Translations under genes and position numbers: made by a program
Source: Theionarchaea archaeon
GTDB taxonomy: Archaea; Methanobacteriota_B; Thermococci; Methanofastidiosales; SZ-28-30
Length of the DNA: 42,215 nucleotides
Assembly (NCBI GenBank): GCA_018992685.1
Contig: JACVGT010000004.1
Span: forward strand, 1-42,215
Direction of reading: 5' to 3'
In this document: positions 16,976 to 26,289 of the stretch, piece by piece
Layout: every line of letters starts with the position of its first letter
How positions within the stretch are numbered: the stretch's first letter is position 1
The notes under the pieces: model-generated
The model's input: the letters and a program-made list of their open reading frames with translations, nothing else
Told to the model about the DNA's origin: nothing
Database searches by the model: none

Positions 16976-18347
16976 CTTCTACAATGTGTCAATGAGGGTT
17001 GATGAAGACAAGTACTTGTTGATGAATCCTCTTTTCGGGTCCCTGGACGAGGTCGACAAGGAAGTAATCGAGTTCTTGGATTCATGGGAGGAAACTAGGG
17101 ACATATATGATTCAAGAATAATGGAGCATCTGATAAAGAGGGGATATCTGACAGAAAGGTCCGATGATGAAGAGATGGCCCTAATGCAGAAGAAGTGCTG
17201 TGAGATCCATGAACGCTACAGGCATTGTAAGCATGCCATAATTGTGACCTACGACTGCAACATGAATTGCGCATATTGTTTTGAGAGTGGAGCGTGGAGT
17301 AGAGGACTAGCCTGGAGAAAGAAAGTCATCTCCAAGGAGCAGGTGATGAGAATTTTTGATTTAATTGGTGAGCTGAATTCAGAATTCCCCCACATCCGGG
17401 AAGAAAAAGTGTCACTTTATGGAGGAGAACCCTTGATGGCTGGGAACATGGGGATCATTGAATTCATTTTAGAAAAGGGAACAGAAGCAGGATATAGATT
17501 TGATGTAAACACCAACGGGCTTGACCTTAAGGAATTTGCGCCTCTTTTGGTGCATTATGGGCTTTCTCCCGTAAGGACTACCATAGATGGCCCCCCTGAA
17601 ATCCATGACAAGAGGAGAACTAATGGGAAAAAAGGGACTTTTCATGATATTGTTGAGGGAATTGAAGCGATTCAAGATAGTAAGATTGAGATTGGGATCA
17701 GAGTGAATGTTGACTTGGATACTATAAAATATCTGCCCGAGCTCGCTCATTTTATCCAGGAGAAAGGATGGTTTGATCATCCTCGTATGCGTTTCGCTCT
17801 GTGCGCAATTGTTGGCTGTGTCGGGAAGGACATTGCTGTACCATCGCTTAGCCGCATTATCAAGGAAGTCATTCACCTGTCTCAGGAGCACCCTCTTGTC
17901 CGCCGCTTTAGAGCAGACTGGGAAGGAACTGTGAGGGGCGTTCCAGAACCCAACCTCATTCGTGTCATGATGAACGGTGTTCCCCTGGTCCCTCGTTCTG
18001 TGTACTGTGAGGCCCATATTGGCCTGATGGGTTACGACCCGCATGGAGACGTTTACTCTTGCCCCCGATTTGTTGGACACCCTGAGCAAAAGATTGGCAC
18101 ATATATACCTCTGCTGAAGTTTACCGAGAACTATGAACGCTGGCAAAACAGATCGATTTTCACAATGCCAAAATGTACAGCGTGCAACAATTCTCCACTC
18201 TGTGGAGGTGGCTGTGCGCACAAGGCATTTCTGGAAACAGGTGACATAACAAATCCTTCGTGTAAAGCTTTTAACGCATTTACTAAACATTGTTTGCCAT
18301 ATGTGTACAAGAGATGGAAGGGACGGCAGCCAACTAATAGTGTTTGA
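16965..18347 (+). CDS. Radical SAM/SPASM peptide maturase 3
   Basis: Motifs CNMNCAYC, YGGEP and SPASM CTACNNSPLCGGGC. Start MKPSFYN at 16965, matching maturase 2. Confidence 0.92.
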   Translation: MKPSFYNVSMRVDEDKYLLMNPLFGSLDEVDKEVIEFLDSWEETRDIYDSRIMEHLIKRGYLTERSDDEEMALMQKKCCEIHERYRHCKHAIIVTYDCNMNCAYCFESGAWSRGLAWRKKVISKEQVMRIFDLIGELNSEFPHIREEKVSLYGGEPLMAGNMGIIEFILEKGTEAGYRFDVNTNGLDLKEFAPLLVHYGLSPVRTTIDGPPEIHDKRRTNGKKGTFHDIVEGIEAIQDSKIEIGIRVNVDLDTIKYLPELAHFIQEKGWFDHPRMRFALCAIVGCVGKDIAVPSLSRIIKEVIHLSQEHPLVRRFRADWEGTVRGVPEPNLIRVMMNGVPLVPRSVYCEAHIGLMGYDPHGDVYSCPRFVGHPEQKIGTYIPLLKFTENYERWQNRSIFTMPKCTACNNSPLCGGGCAHKAFLETGDITNPSCKAFNAFTKHCLPYVYKRWKGRQPTNSV

Positions 18348-18363
18348 AGACGTATTGAGAGTG

Positions 18364-20151
18364 ATGATCATGAACGAAACCCACATGTACATAAGGTGGA
18401 GTGAAGATTCCATCTGGGACGAACGTGATGGCAGGGTACTCATCTGTCGCTTACCAGAACTTGATTTTGCGGCTGATTTAAGGATAGGAAAGAATCTCAT
18501 ATGGCTCAATCGTGAAGGATCTCGTGTGTGGAACCTTTGTGATGGGACCCGTACTCTGGAGGGAATAATCTCCCTGCTTCTTGATGCTCATACTGTGGAA
18601 CACGCTGTTCTGGAAAAGGATGTCACAGACCTTGTTCACACCCTGTACCACAGAGGTCTTATCGAATTCAGAGAAGAAAAAGCATCCCCTCCTCACATGC
18701 AGTCCATAGACCGAGGACCTCTGGCGTGGAGCGAAAGCGTTGTGTGGAATGACATGGATGAGGAGGTTGGAATCCTGAACTGCAAAGACGGTAGCATGAT
18801 TGTCTTGGGGTCTTCAGAACGTGAACTGTGGAGAATGTGTGATGGAACTCGCACCGCGAAGGATATTATCGCTGGAATAAAAAGTGAGAAAAACCTGGCG
18901 GAAAACTACGCAATGCTGCTGGCAAGAATCCTCCACAAGCTGGGATTTTTGGTTATTGGACCGAGCGGCGAAGGTATGCAGGAAGCGAGTAGCAAATGGA
19001 GAAAAACGAAGACGGGGAAATACGCTTCGGAACAGGATGCTTCTTCTAGTCATAATCACTTTCTGGTGCAGTATCACATTACGGGGAAATGCAATTTGGG
19101 ATGCCGCCACTGTTACGAAGATGAAAGAATAAAAAAAGAGATTTCCACACGAGATACGATAGCAGTAATTGACAAGTGTTTCGAGACCTTGAATGCTTGG
19201 GGATATGTGGTTCATCTCATTCTCAGTGGGGGGGAACCGCTACTCAGGAATGACTTTTGGGAGATTATGGATCATGCACAGTCTTGTTACAGCCGCAGGT
19301 ACCCCAACACAGTGTCTCTCATGAGCAATGGCACATTACTGGATGAAAGAATAGCGGCGCGGTTATCTGACTACACCGCTTTTGGAGGAGTTCAGATCAG
19401 TCTGGATGGAACAAAAAAAGAAACACACGACAAAATCCGAGGAGAGGGGAGCTTCCAGAAAGCATTGAGAGCTCTAGCCTATTTGAGAGAGAAAAAGATT
19501 GTAACCTCGATTCACTTTGTCGTCCATAGGAAGAACTATGAAGATGCATTTGAGATAGCAGATTTGGCCAGACACTTAAACGTCAACCTCTGTGTTACGA
19601 GACTCGTCCCCTGCGGCAGAGGAAAAGAGATGGAATCCTTCATGTTAACACCACAAGAAGTGTTCGCGTTGTTCAGAAAGTTGAGCCACGACGAAGACGT
19701 TTTATCTGAAGCACGAGCTCGGCACGAGACCTCAACCTCTATTTCACGGTTTCGATGCGACTGGCCAGTCACCTATGCGGGACATGACCGAAAGACTGAT
19801 GAGCTCCGTTATCCATTTACGAAAAACGGTGGGAAGTGCCAGATTGGGAGAGGGCTTCTCACCATTATGCAGGATGGAACAGTCTATCCCTGCAGAAGAT
19901 TGCCCGTTCCTGTTGGAAATCTGCTGGAAGAGAAGTTCCCCGAAATCTGGAATAATGTTTTTTTCTGGAAAATGAGAAGAAAGAATCGTTATATGAAAGG
20001 AAAATGTGCAGAATGTGAATTCAACTGTGATGCGAGCCTTGATTTCTCATGCAGTGGAGGAGCTTCGTGTATTTCACATGGATTTTATGGTGACCCTTTC
20101 CACCCTGATCCTGGATGCCTGTACAACCCGGAGAAAGGCTCATTTGAATAG
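18364..20151 (+). CDS. Radical SAM/SPASM protein with two tandem N-terminal PqqD/RRE domains
   Basis: Two PqqD-type segments (LNREGSRVWNLCDGTRT...DV..LV..L...GLI and ERELWRMCDGTRT...LHKLGFL), then CNLGCRHC, SGGEP and SPASM ending PDPGC. Start uncertain (18340-18370). Confidence 0.9.
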   Translation: MIMNETHMYIRWSEDSIWDERDGRVLICRLPELDFAADLRIGKNLIWLNREGSRVWNLCDGTRTLEGIISLLLDAHTVEHAVLEKDVTDLVHTLYHRGLIEFREEKASPPHMQSIDRGPLAWSESVVWNDMDEEVGILNCKDGSMIVLGSSERELWRMCDGTRTAKDIIAGIKSEKNLAENYAMLLARILHKLGFLVIGPSGEGMQEASSKWRKTKTGKYASEQDASSSHNHFLVQYHITGKCNLGCRHCYEDERIKKEISTRDTIAVIDKCFETLNAWGYVVHLILSGGEPLLRNDFWEIMDHAQSCYSRRYPNTVSLMSNGTLLDERIAARLSDYTAFGGVQISLDGTKKETHDKIRGEGSFQKALRALAYLREKKIVTSIHFVVHRKNYEDAFEIADLARHLNVNLCVTRLVPCGRGKEMESFMLTPQEVFALFRKLSHDEDVLSEARARHETSTSISRFRCDWPVTYAGHDRKTDELRYPFTKNGGKCQIGRGLLTIMQDGTVYPCRRLPVPVGNLLEEKFPEIWNNVFFWKMRRKNRYMKGKCAECEFNCDASLDFSCSGGASCISHGFYGDPFHPDPGCLYNPEKGSFE

Positions 20152-20288
20152 CACGTACCGCTTGATACATCCATACAGATCAAGGAGTGGGCAGAACTGG
20201 CTGCTCCCTGATATAAGAGACCCGGGCAGTTAACCTGAACAGATGTGCATGACAAGAACGCCTCCCTCTACCTGGGCCTGACGCATTT

Positions 20289-21290
20289 TCAGGTCATCAT
20301 TTCATCTTTCCGGCTTTGGCAGGTCTGATTCTCACAGTATGCAAGCTCTTTCTCATAGACTATATCCTCTCTCAAGGTCTCAAACCCTAGTGAGCCATAG
20401 AGATCGAGCGCTTGAGGATTCTCTGCATCGACATTAAGGTGTATGGTTGCTATACCTTCCTGCGAAAGCCACTTCACGGCATGGGATATCAGAGCTCTGC
20501 CAATACCTTTTCCGCGGTACAATTTAGTGACACCGAGTAAGCGCACCATTCCTGTCTTCGTGTTATTTTCTCCATTTCTTGGAGGCTGTACACCGTACGC
20601 ACAAAAACCAATAGTCTTGAAACCATCTTTGGCAAAAGTGACTCTAGCTGATCCTGTGCTGGTATCCCTGGATCTGGCGAGTTGCTGTACTGTCATGGGG
20701 GAGAAATTGTAGTGCTCCGAAAAGGCGTCGTTGTAGGTCTCCACAAAGATCGTTAGCTCCTCATCAGTGACTTCCTGGATCATTTTATGTTCCAAGTAAA
20801 TGCTATCCGGGGGCCGATAGACATGTGGTTCCCCGTTCTTCTTCCATATCATCATGTATCCATGTCGAACATCTTTGAAGCCAAACTCTCGGGCGAGATC
20901 ATGTCTCCACCCCTTTGTGCCCATGCAGTACTGCTGAACAGTGTGTACTCTTTTTGAGACGAGATATTCCAGCGAAAGCAGCATCATGTGCTGCTCTATT
21001 CCTTTGCCTCTATGCTCTGGGACTACTTCCACACCTGCCCACGCATTGTTCAGTCCCATGTCTATGTGGGATTCATGGACATCTCCTCCCCCATATCCCA
21101 CTGCTTTGTTGTCTATTTCAGCCAGCCAATGGCTCTCTGGATCGTAATCTGTTTCTTCCAGGACGTGAAGGCAGAACTCCTGGGCAGTGACCTGCCTCTG
21201 CCGTGGGAAGTCCGCATTGGAGCGATTCAGAATATCGACAATAGCTGCTGCGTCGGCTTTGGTAGGATGTCGATACTCGATGTATGACAT
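20289..21290 (-). CDS. Tandem-GNAT acetyltransferase
   Basis: Two acetyl-CoA binding motifs (VVPEHRGKGI and LGVTKLYRGKGIG) and ENPQALDLYGSLGF. Confidence 0.88.
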   Translation of the reverse strand: MSYIEYRHPTKADAAAIVDILNRSNADFPRQRQVTAQEFCLHVLEETDYDPESHWLAEIDNKAVGYGGGDVHESHIDMGLNNAWAGVEVVPEHRGKGIEQHMMLLSLEYLVSKRVHTVQQYCMGTKGWRHDLAREFGFKDVRHGYMMIWKKNGEPHVYRPPDSIYLEHKMIQEVTDEELTIFVETYNDAFSEHYNFSPMTVQQLARSRDTSTGSARVTFAKDGFKTIGFCAYGVQPPRNGENNTKTGMVRLLGVTKLYRGKGIGRALISHAVKWLSQEGIATIHLNVDAENPQALDLYGSLGFETLREDIVYEKELAYCENQTCQSRKDEMMT

Positions 21291-21396
21291 GCATTGCAGA
21301 GAATAACACAGGTAATAAGCATTTCGGTGGGGCTGTGTAGCTCTTTTTGCCAGAAATCTTTATAAGCACAGCACGTAAGGGAAGTGAGGATTCTCA

Positions 21397-23286
21397 ATGA
21401 TGCTGCACTGTACACCGCCGTATTTATGGTATGTTCCGAATCCAGCAATAGGTTATCTAAAAGGATTTCTTGAAGCAAAAGGTATACAAGTAAGAAATAT
21501 CTATTGGAATCTGATCCTATATCCAGAAATTATGAAGTATGAAGAAAGAAGGAGGAATCCATTTACAGAGTTTAATGAATATAGTATGAGGAGAAACCTC
21601 AGGTCAGTGTCCCTGGAACTCGACTTCTATGAGATGGCTTCCTTGTATATCTGTAAACACTTGCTCACTCAGGTCAAAGGATGTCCTAAAGAAACACCGC
21701 TTGATAGGTTCTTTTCGTCAATTGCTTCCAAGGACGAGATCACTCAGTTAGTAAGGTCAGTCAGGGAGAGGATTGACAGTTATATTCTGGAGAACAATCT
21801 CAATGAGGCACATATTGCGGGATTCACCATGAAGTCTGATCAGTGGATGATGAGTTCATACATATTCTCCCGATTGAAAGAGATGAACCCAGACACTATC
21901 ATTGTCATCGGAGGGCTTGCCAATGAATCCCGGGCACGAGCATTCATGCAGGTTTTCAGCGATGTTGATTTTGCCATATGGGGAGAAGGTGAATATCCCC
22001 TGGTCCAGCTGATCACAACACTGGAAGAGGGTACAGCCCTGGAAAAGGTTCCACAGCTAATCTACAGAGACGGTGCAACCATCCAGTCTTCTGGAAAGAA
22101 AGCTGAATGTGTTGACCTGGATTCGCATCCTTTTGCGGATCATTCAGATTACTTCGATGCACTGAAAGCTCTCTCCCAGATCACAAGGATTCAGTGCACT
22201 GTTTCCATTCCCATTTGGGGAAGCAGGTCCTGTCCGTGGAACAAGTGCAGGTTCTGTGTCCTGAGCGAGGAGTACTCTTATCGTGCTAGGTCTCCGGAAA
22301 ATATTGTGGAAGAGGTACGGTTCCAGGTTGAAAAACACGATGTCAGTGCATTCTATTTTCTGGATAATGAACTTCCTGGAAACAAGAGAAGATTCAGGAC
22401 TCTCTTGAAACTTCTGGTGGCACTGTCAGCAGATCAGACTTCTCATTATGCCTTCTGTGGTGAGGTATCTCCCGTTTTTATAGATCCTGAAACAGCACAC
22501 TGCCTGCATGATGCGTCATTTAGCTCAGTTCAGATAGGGTTCGAGGCTGTGGCAGATTCTCTCCTGGAAAAAGTAGAAAAACGACATCGGTTTGCCCATA
22601 ACATTCAAGCTCTGAAGCTTGGCCGCCAGCATAACCTGAATCTTATTAGTCTCAATGTCTTGAGGGGAATTCCCACCGAGTCACCTGAAGATGTTCTAGA
22701 AAGCTGCGAAAATCTCGATTTTCTGAGATTTCTTCTTACTACGTATCCACTTATTCCCATTTCGCTTCTCTTATGTAAAGGGTCTACCTTCTATGAGGAA
22801 ATGTCGAAGGCCGAAAGAGAAGCCTGGAAATTGAATCGAAGCTACTTGGAAATTGCTTCAACAGGTCTTATTCCTCAGTCTGAGAGGTTCGAGTTCTTCG
22901 GCTTTTTCAGAGAATCCCATCATGAGCTATGGAACGATTTCGAAAAGAAAATGGAATCTTATATAAAAGAGAACCGTTCTTATACATGGACTGAATATGA
23001 GAATTGCTCTCTTGTCGAGGAGAAAGGCCCTGAATTTCACAGATACGTTCTAGATCGAGATGAAACTGATATACTCGTTTTCTGTGATCTGATCAAGCCA
23101 TTTAATAGGCTGGAAGAGGAATTTGACTATTTGGGTAAGACCCGTCTGATTGAGATATTAAGTCGGTTGAAAGAGGCTGGGCTGCTGTACTATGACAAAG
23201 ATATGCATACTATCATCTCTATACTTGAGACCTACAGAAGGGAGACTGTTTCTTCGAATTCATCCCCAGATAGTTATGATACATGA
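21397..23286 (+). CDS. Cobalamin-dependent (class B) radical SAM enzyme, RiPP C-methyltransferase-like
   Basis: B12-binding domain (PNPAIGYLKG...IVIGG...GEGE), SRSCPWNKCRFC cluster motif, QIGFE, and a C-terminal winged-helix-like segment. Confidence 0.85.
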   Translation: MMLHCTPPYLWYVPNPAIGYLKGFLEAKGIQVRNIYWNLILYPEIMKYEERRRNPFTEFNEYSMRRNLRSVSLELDFYEMASLYICKHLLTQVKGCPKETPLDRFFSSIASKDEITQLVRSVRERIDSYILENNLNEAHIAGFTMKSDQWMMSSYIFSRLKEMNPDTIIVIGGLANESRARAFMQVFSDVDFAIWGEGEYPLVQLITTLEEGTALEKVPQLIYRDGATIQSSGKKAECVDLDSHPFADHSDYFDALKALSQITRIQCTVSIPIWGSRSCPWNKCRFCVLSEEYSYRARSPENIVEEVRFQVEKHDVSAFYFLDNELPGNKRRFRTLLKLLVALSADQTSHYAFCGEVSPVFIDPETAHCLHDASFSSVQIGFEAVADSLLEKVEKRHRFAHNIQALKLGRQHNLNLISLNVLRGIPTESPEDVLESCENLDFLRFLLTTYPLIPISLLLCKGSTFYEEMSKAEREAWKLNRSYLEIASTGLIPQSERFEFFGFFRESHHELWNDFEKKMESYIKENRSYTWTEYENCSLVEEKGPEFHRYVLDRDETDILVFCDLIKPFNRLEEEFDYLGKTRLIEILSRLKEAGLLYYDKDMHTIISILETYRRETVSSNSSPDSYDT

Positions 23287-23346
23287 GGGCTTGTCCACAC
23301 CCAACAGAATGCAGTACTTTCTTTTGTCCCATATGCTGGATTTGCT

Positions 23347-23475
23347 GAGTGTAAGGACAGAATACAATCTTGTGAAAGCCAGGAAGAGGAGGAATCTGAA
23401 GAAGGCGGATTCTGCTTAGGGAGTTTTCTCATTCTGCTTGGGTTAGGATTACTCATGTTCAGAAGAAGGGGGTGA
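23347..23475 (+). repeat. Direct repeat copy 2: orphan 3' gene fragment encoding ECKDRIQSCESQEEEESEEGGFCLGSFLILLGLGLLMFRRRG*
   Basis: About 90% identical to 13220..13335. No in-frame start codon between the upstream TGA (23284-23286) and the fragment. Confidence 0.92.
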
Positions 23476-23650
23476 CATCGAGATCTCCTTGAGTTACACA
23501 GGGATTTCTCCTTTCAGTGAGGAGACGCATCTAGCTGGAGAGACACGTCATTCAGGAAAGGGATGGCGGATTTGGTTCTCGTGAAGAGAACTGCGTACTT
23601 ATGATATATTCTTGTGCATAGGTTTATAAAGCAGTAATTTCTGTTGATAT

Positions 23651-25891
23651 ATGGACGACAATGGATCAGGGTTGGAAGGAACTAGCGAAGCAGGCGAATT
23701 CGAGTTCTTAGAGGGCATACCTGCAGGTGCCTATGAGGTCGATAAGGAAGGGAATTTCTTGTACTGCAATCAGGAGGCAGCCCACCTGCTTGGATATGAT
23801 TCTGCAGAAGAGTTATCACAAAAGAATATCTATGATCTCTATTTTGATAGAAATGACCGAGAACGGGTATTAGAAAGGACGAGAACCCTTGGAGGTCGGA
23901 TGAAAAGTTACATCCGGTGGAAGCGGAAGAACGGATCTGAAGTGGTGGTCAATGATTTTGCTGAGTTTGTCTGCAACAAAAGGGGTGAAGAATCCGGAAT
24001 TCGTGGCATCTTCGTCGAGGCCACATATGAGCGGTTGTTTGATGATCTTAATGCAGGAATATACCGGGTGGGCCCCGATAACAAGACTATCGAGCTGGTC
24101 AACAAGGCAGTTGCCAGAATCTTTGGATTCAACTCGCCCGAAGAAATGAGAGGATATGACATCTCAAAACTCTACAGATATCCAAAGGATTATCGGGAAT
24201 TCATGGAGTATCTTGAGAAAAATCAGAAAGTAGAGAATTATCCCCTGGAGATGAAAAGAACAGACGGAGAGCCTGTCATTATATCAGTGAGTTGTCACGT
24301 ACTGCAAAATAAACAGGGAGAGATCGTTGGAAGAGAAGGTACATTTACGGATGTCACAGAGCAGCAGAGATATAGAGAATTGCTGGAAATACCATTGGGA
24401 GTCTACGAGGCCAAAATAAAGGATGGCAAGCCGATTATCATCTTCTGTAACGAGAAATTCATTGAGATGTTTGGCTATTCGTCGGAAAAGGAGTTGATTG
24501 GCAGGAATATTCATGAACTGTATGCTAACGAAAAGGACGTTGAACAGTTCGAAAAAGCTTTGAAGGAAGCTGACGAAGAGAACAAGCCTCTCGACTATTT
24601 ACTGAAGGTAAAAAGGAAAGCAAGTCAAAAGGAAGGGGGAGAAAGAGAGGAATTTTGGATCAAGATATATTGCTATCCAAGAGAAGATGAAGAAGGAAAT
24701 ATTATTGGCAGAATAGGAACTGCCATGGATGTTACCGATAGAATGGAACTGGAGAGGATTATCGAAACAAGAAAGGACATACAGAGGTTCATTCACGGAT
24801 TCATTGCGCCAATGATGAGCATTCATGCCACAAGCCAGGTTGTGGCCAGGGAAGTTGAACGTGGAATTGGCATCAGATATGGTCTTGAAGACATGGTGAG
24901 ACTTCAACGGAAAAAACGTAACACGATGCATCTTTTTGATGAGATGAGGACTACATCTGAGGCTCTGGCAGAAAAAATTGGAAACCTCATTACACTGGGT
25001 CGACTTGAACCGGCATTTGATGAAAGACACATCCATGAATTGACGAACATAAAGAACAGTGTGGAAAGAGAAATCACAGACATTGTGCGAAGGATCATTG
25101 AAGTGAGAAAACTACACAAGGATACTTACAGCAAATTGAACGACGTTCTTGCATTCATCAGAACTGAAAGAAGAATTGAAAATAGCAGAGAACTTTCAGA
25201 TCTAATCAAGTTGTGTTTCATTGATCTCGACGAATTAGATAGTACCTACTTACTGTATTTAACGCAGAGCATCCTGAATAAATCCAAAATTGCCTATCAT
25301 GACGTAGAAGGGCTTCGTCAGCTTATGATGAGGGTTGGGGACGAACACATCGAACAGCTCTTCGAATTCCAGCCTACAAACCTCTTAGATATGGTTGAAG
25401 ATACAATTGATATGTATCGGATTGATGCATCCCTTAAAGGCATTTTAATTCGTTCTCCCCGAGGGAAGATACCAGAGGTCGACGTTTCTCGGAGTCACCT
25501 GGAAAGAATGCTCTCGTATGTCATCCAGAATGCAGTAAAATACTCTTTCAAGAGGGATGGCTATATTCATGTTGATTTCAGGGTGGGAGGGGATTCTGTC
25601 CAAATCGATGTAGAAGATTATGGAGTTGGTATTCTTCACGAAGAAATCGAATCCGGCAAAATCTTCGAATACGGATATAGGGGAAAATTCTCCCGTGATC
25701 GTAACAGGACCGGATCAGGCATTGGACTTTCTGAAGCCAAGAGGATTTCTGAGGCCCACGGTGGACATATCAAAGTAGAAAGCGCGCCTGTGGGCGATCA
25801 TGGAGAGGTCATAACTCACAACACACCTCATAAGACGACAATTTCCATATTTCTGCCGATAAGGCAAGAAAAGGGTGATTTGAATGGTTAG
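23651..25891 (+). CDS. Soluble multi-PAS sensor histidine kinase
   Basis: Three PAS/PAC repeats, H-box-like FIHGFIAP, N box NAVKYS, G1 DYGVGI and G2 GSGIGL. TTTATAAA at 23623-23630 suggests a leaderless mRNA. Confidence 0.9.
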   Translation: MDDNGSGLEGTSEAGEFEFLEGIPAGAYEVDKEGNFLYCNQEAAHLLGYDSAEELSQKNIYDLYFDRNDRERVLERTRTLGGRMKSYIRWKRKNGSEVVVNDFAEFVCNKRGEESGIRGIFVEATYERLFDDLNAGIYRVGPDNKTIELVNKAVARIFGFNSPEEMRGYDISKLYRYPKDYREFMEYLEKNQKVENYPLEMKRTDGEPVIISVSCHVLQNKQGEIVGREGTFTDVTEQQRYRELLEIPLGVYEAKIKDGKPIIIFCNEKFIEMFGYSSEKELIGRNIHELYANEKDVEQFEKALKEADEENKPLDYLLKVKRKASQKEGGEREEFWIKIYCYPREDEEGNIIGRIGTAMDVTDRMELERIIETRKDIQRFIHGFIAPMMSIHATSQVVAREVERGIGIRYGLEDMVRLQRKKRNTMHLFDEMRTTSEALAEKIGNLITLGRLEPAFDERHIHELTNIKNSVEREITDIVRRIIEVRKLHKDTYSKLNDVLAFIRTERRIENSRELSDLIKLCFIDLDELDSTYLLYLTQSILNKSKIAYHDVEGLRQLMMRVGDEHIEQLFEFQPTNLLDMVEDTIDMYRIDASLKGILIRSPRGKIPEVDVSRSHLERMLSYVIQNAVKYSFKRDGYIHVDFRVGGDSVQIDVEDYGVGILHEEIESGKIFEYGYRGKFSRDRNRTGSGIGLSEAKRISEAHGGHIKVESAPVGDHGEVITHNTPHKTTISIFLPIRQEKGDLNG

Positions 25892-26288
25892 AATCCTGTG
25901 GATTGAGGATGAAGGAAATACTGATCTGATTCAGTATAAGCAGCCCCTGGTAGAGAAGGGACATGTAATAGATGTTGCTGAGACAGCCAAGGAAGCTTTC
26001 GACACAATGGATTGTATGAAATACGATCTCTACATTGTCGATCTGCTTCTGCCCCAGGAGGATGCGTTCGAAGAACACATTGAGCTCCCTGGTGTGGAAA
26101 TATTGAAGAAGATGATCCATCATTACAGGATAGACGCCAGCAAGATCGTTGTCTTCACCGTGGTCAATGATGAGGAGGTGCACAGGGACATTCGGCAGCT
26201 CGGTATCGGCCGAATTATCGTAAAGAGGTTGCAGGACATTGATTTTCTGAAAGTGGAAATCGACAAGATGATCGGAGGAGAGGGGTAA
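25884..26288 (+). CDS. Stand-alone response regulator receiver domain
   Basis: Motifs ILWIEDE, IVDLLLP, VVFT and IIVK. Overlaps the kinase stop. Confidence 0.88.
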   Translation: MVRILWIEDEGNTDLIQYKQPLVEKGHVIDVAETAKEAFDTMDCMKYDLYIVDLLLPQEDAFEEHIELPGVEILKKMIHHYRIDASKIVVFTVVNDEEVHRDIRQLGIGRIIVKRLQDIDFLKVEIDKMIGGEG

Positions 26289-26289
26289 T

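Noticed and set aside
17469-18509. 346-aa minus-strand ORF and other long antisense ORFs (269..934, 10981..11760, 25809..26495, 36499..37239)
   Set aside because: They are shadow frames opposite well-supported genes and show no recognisable motifs.
23284-23475. TGA readthrough or selenocysteine fusing the B12-rSAM to the in-frame membrane anchor
   Set aside because: The orphan fragment is in frame after the stop, but this is easily chance. I recognised no recoding signal, and a sorting tail on a cytoplasmic enzyme with no signal peptide is implausible.
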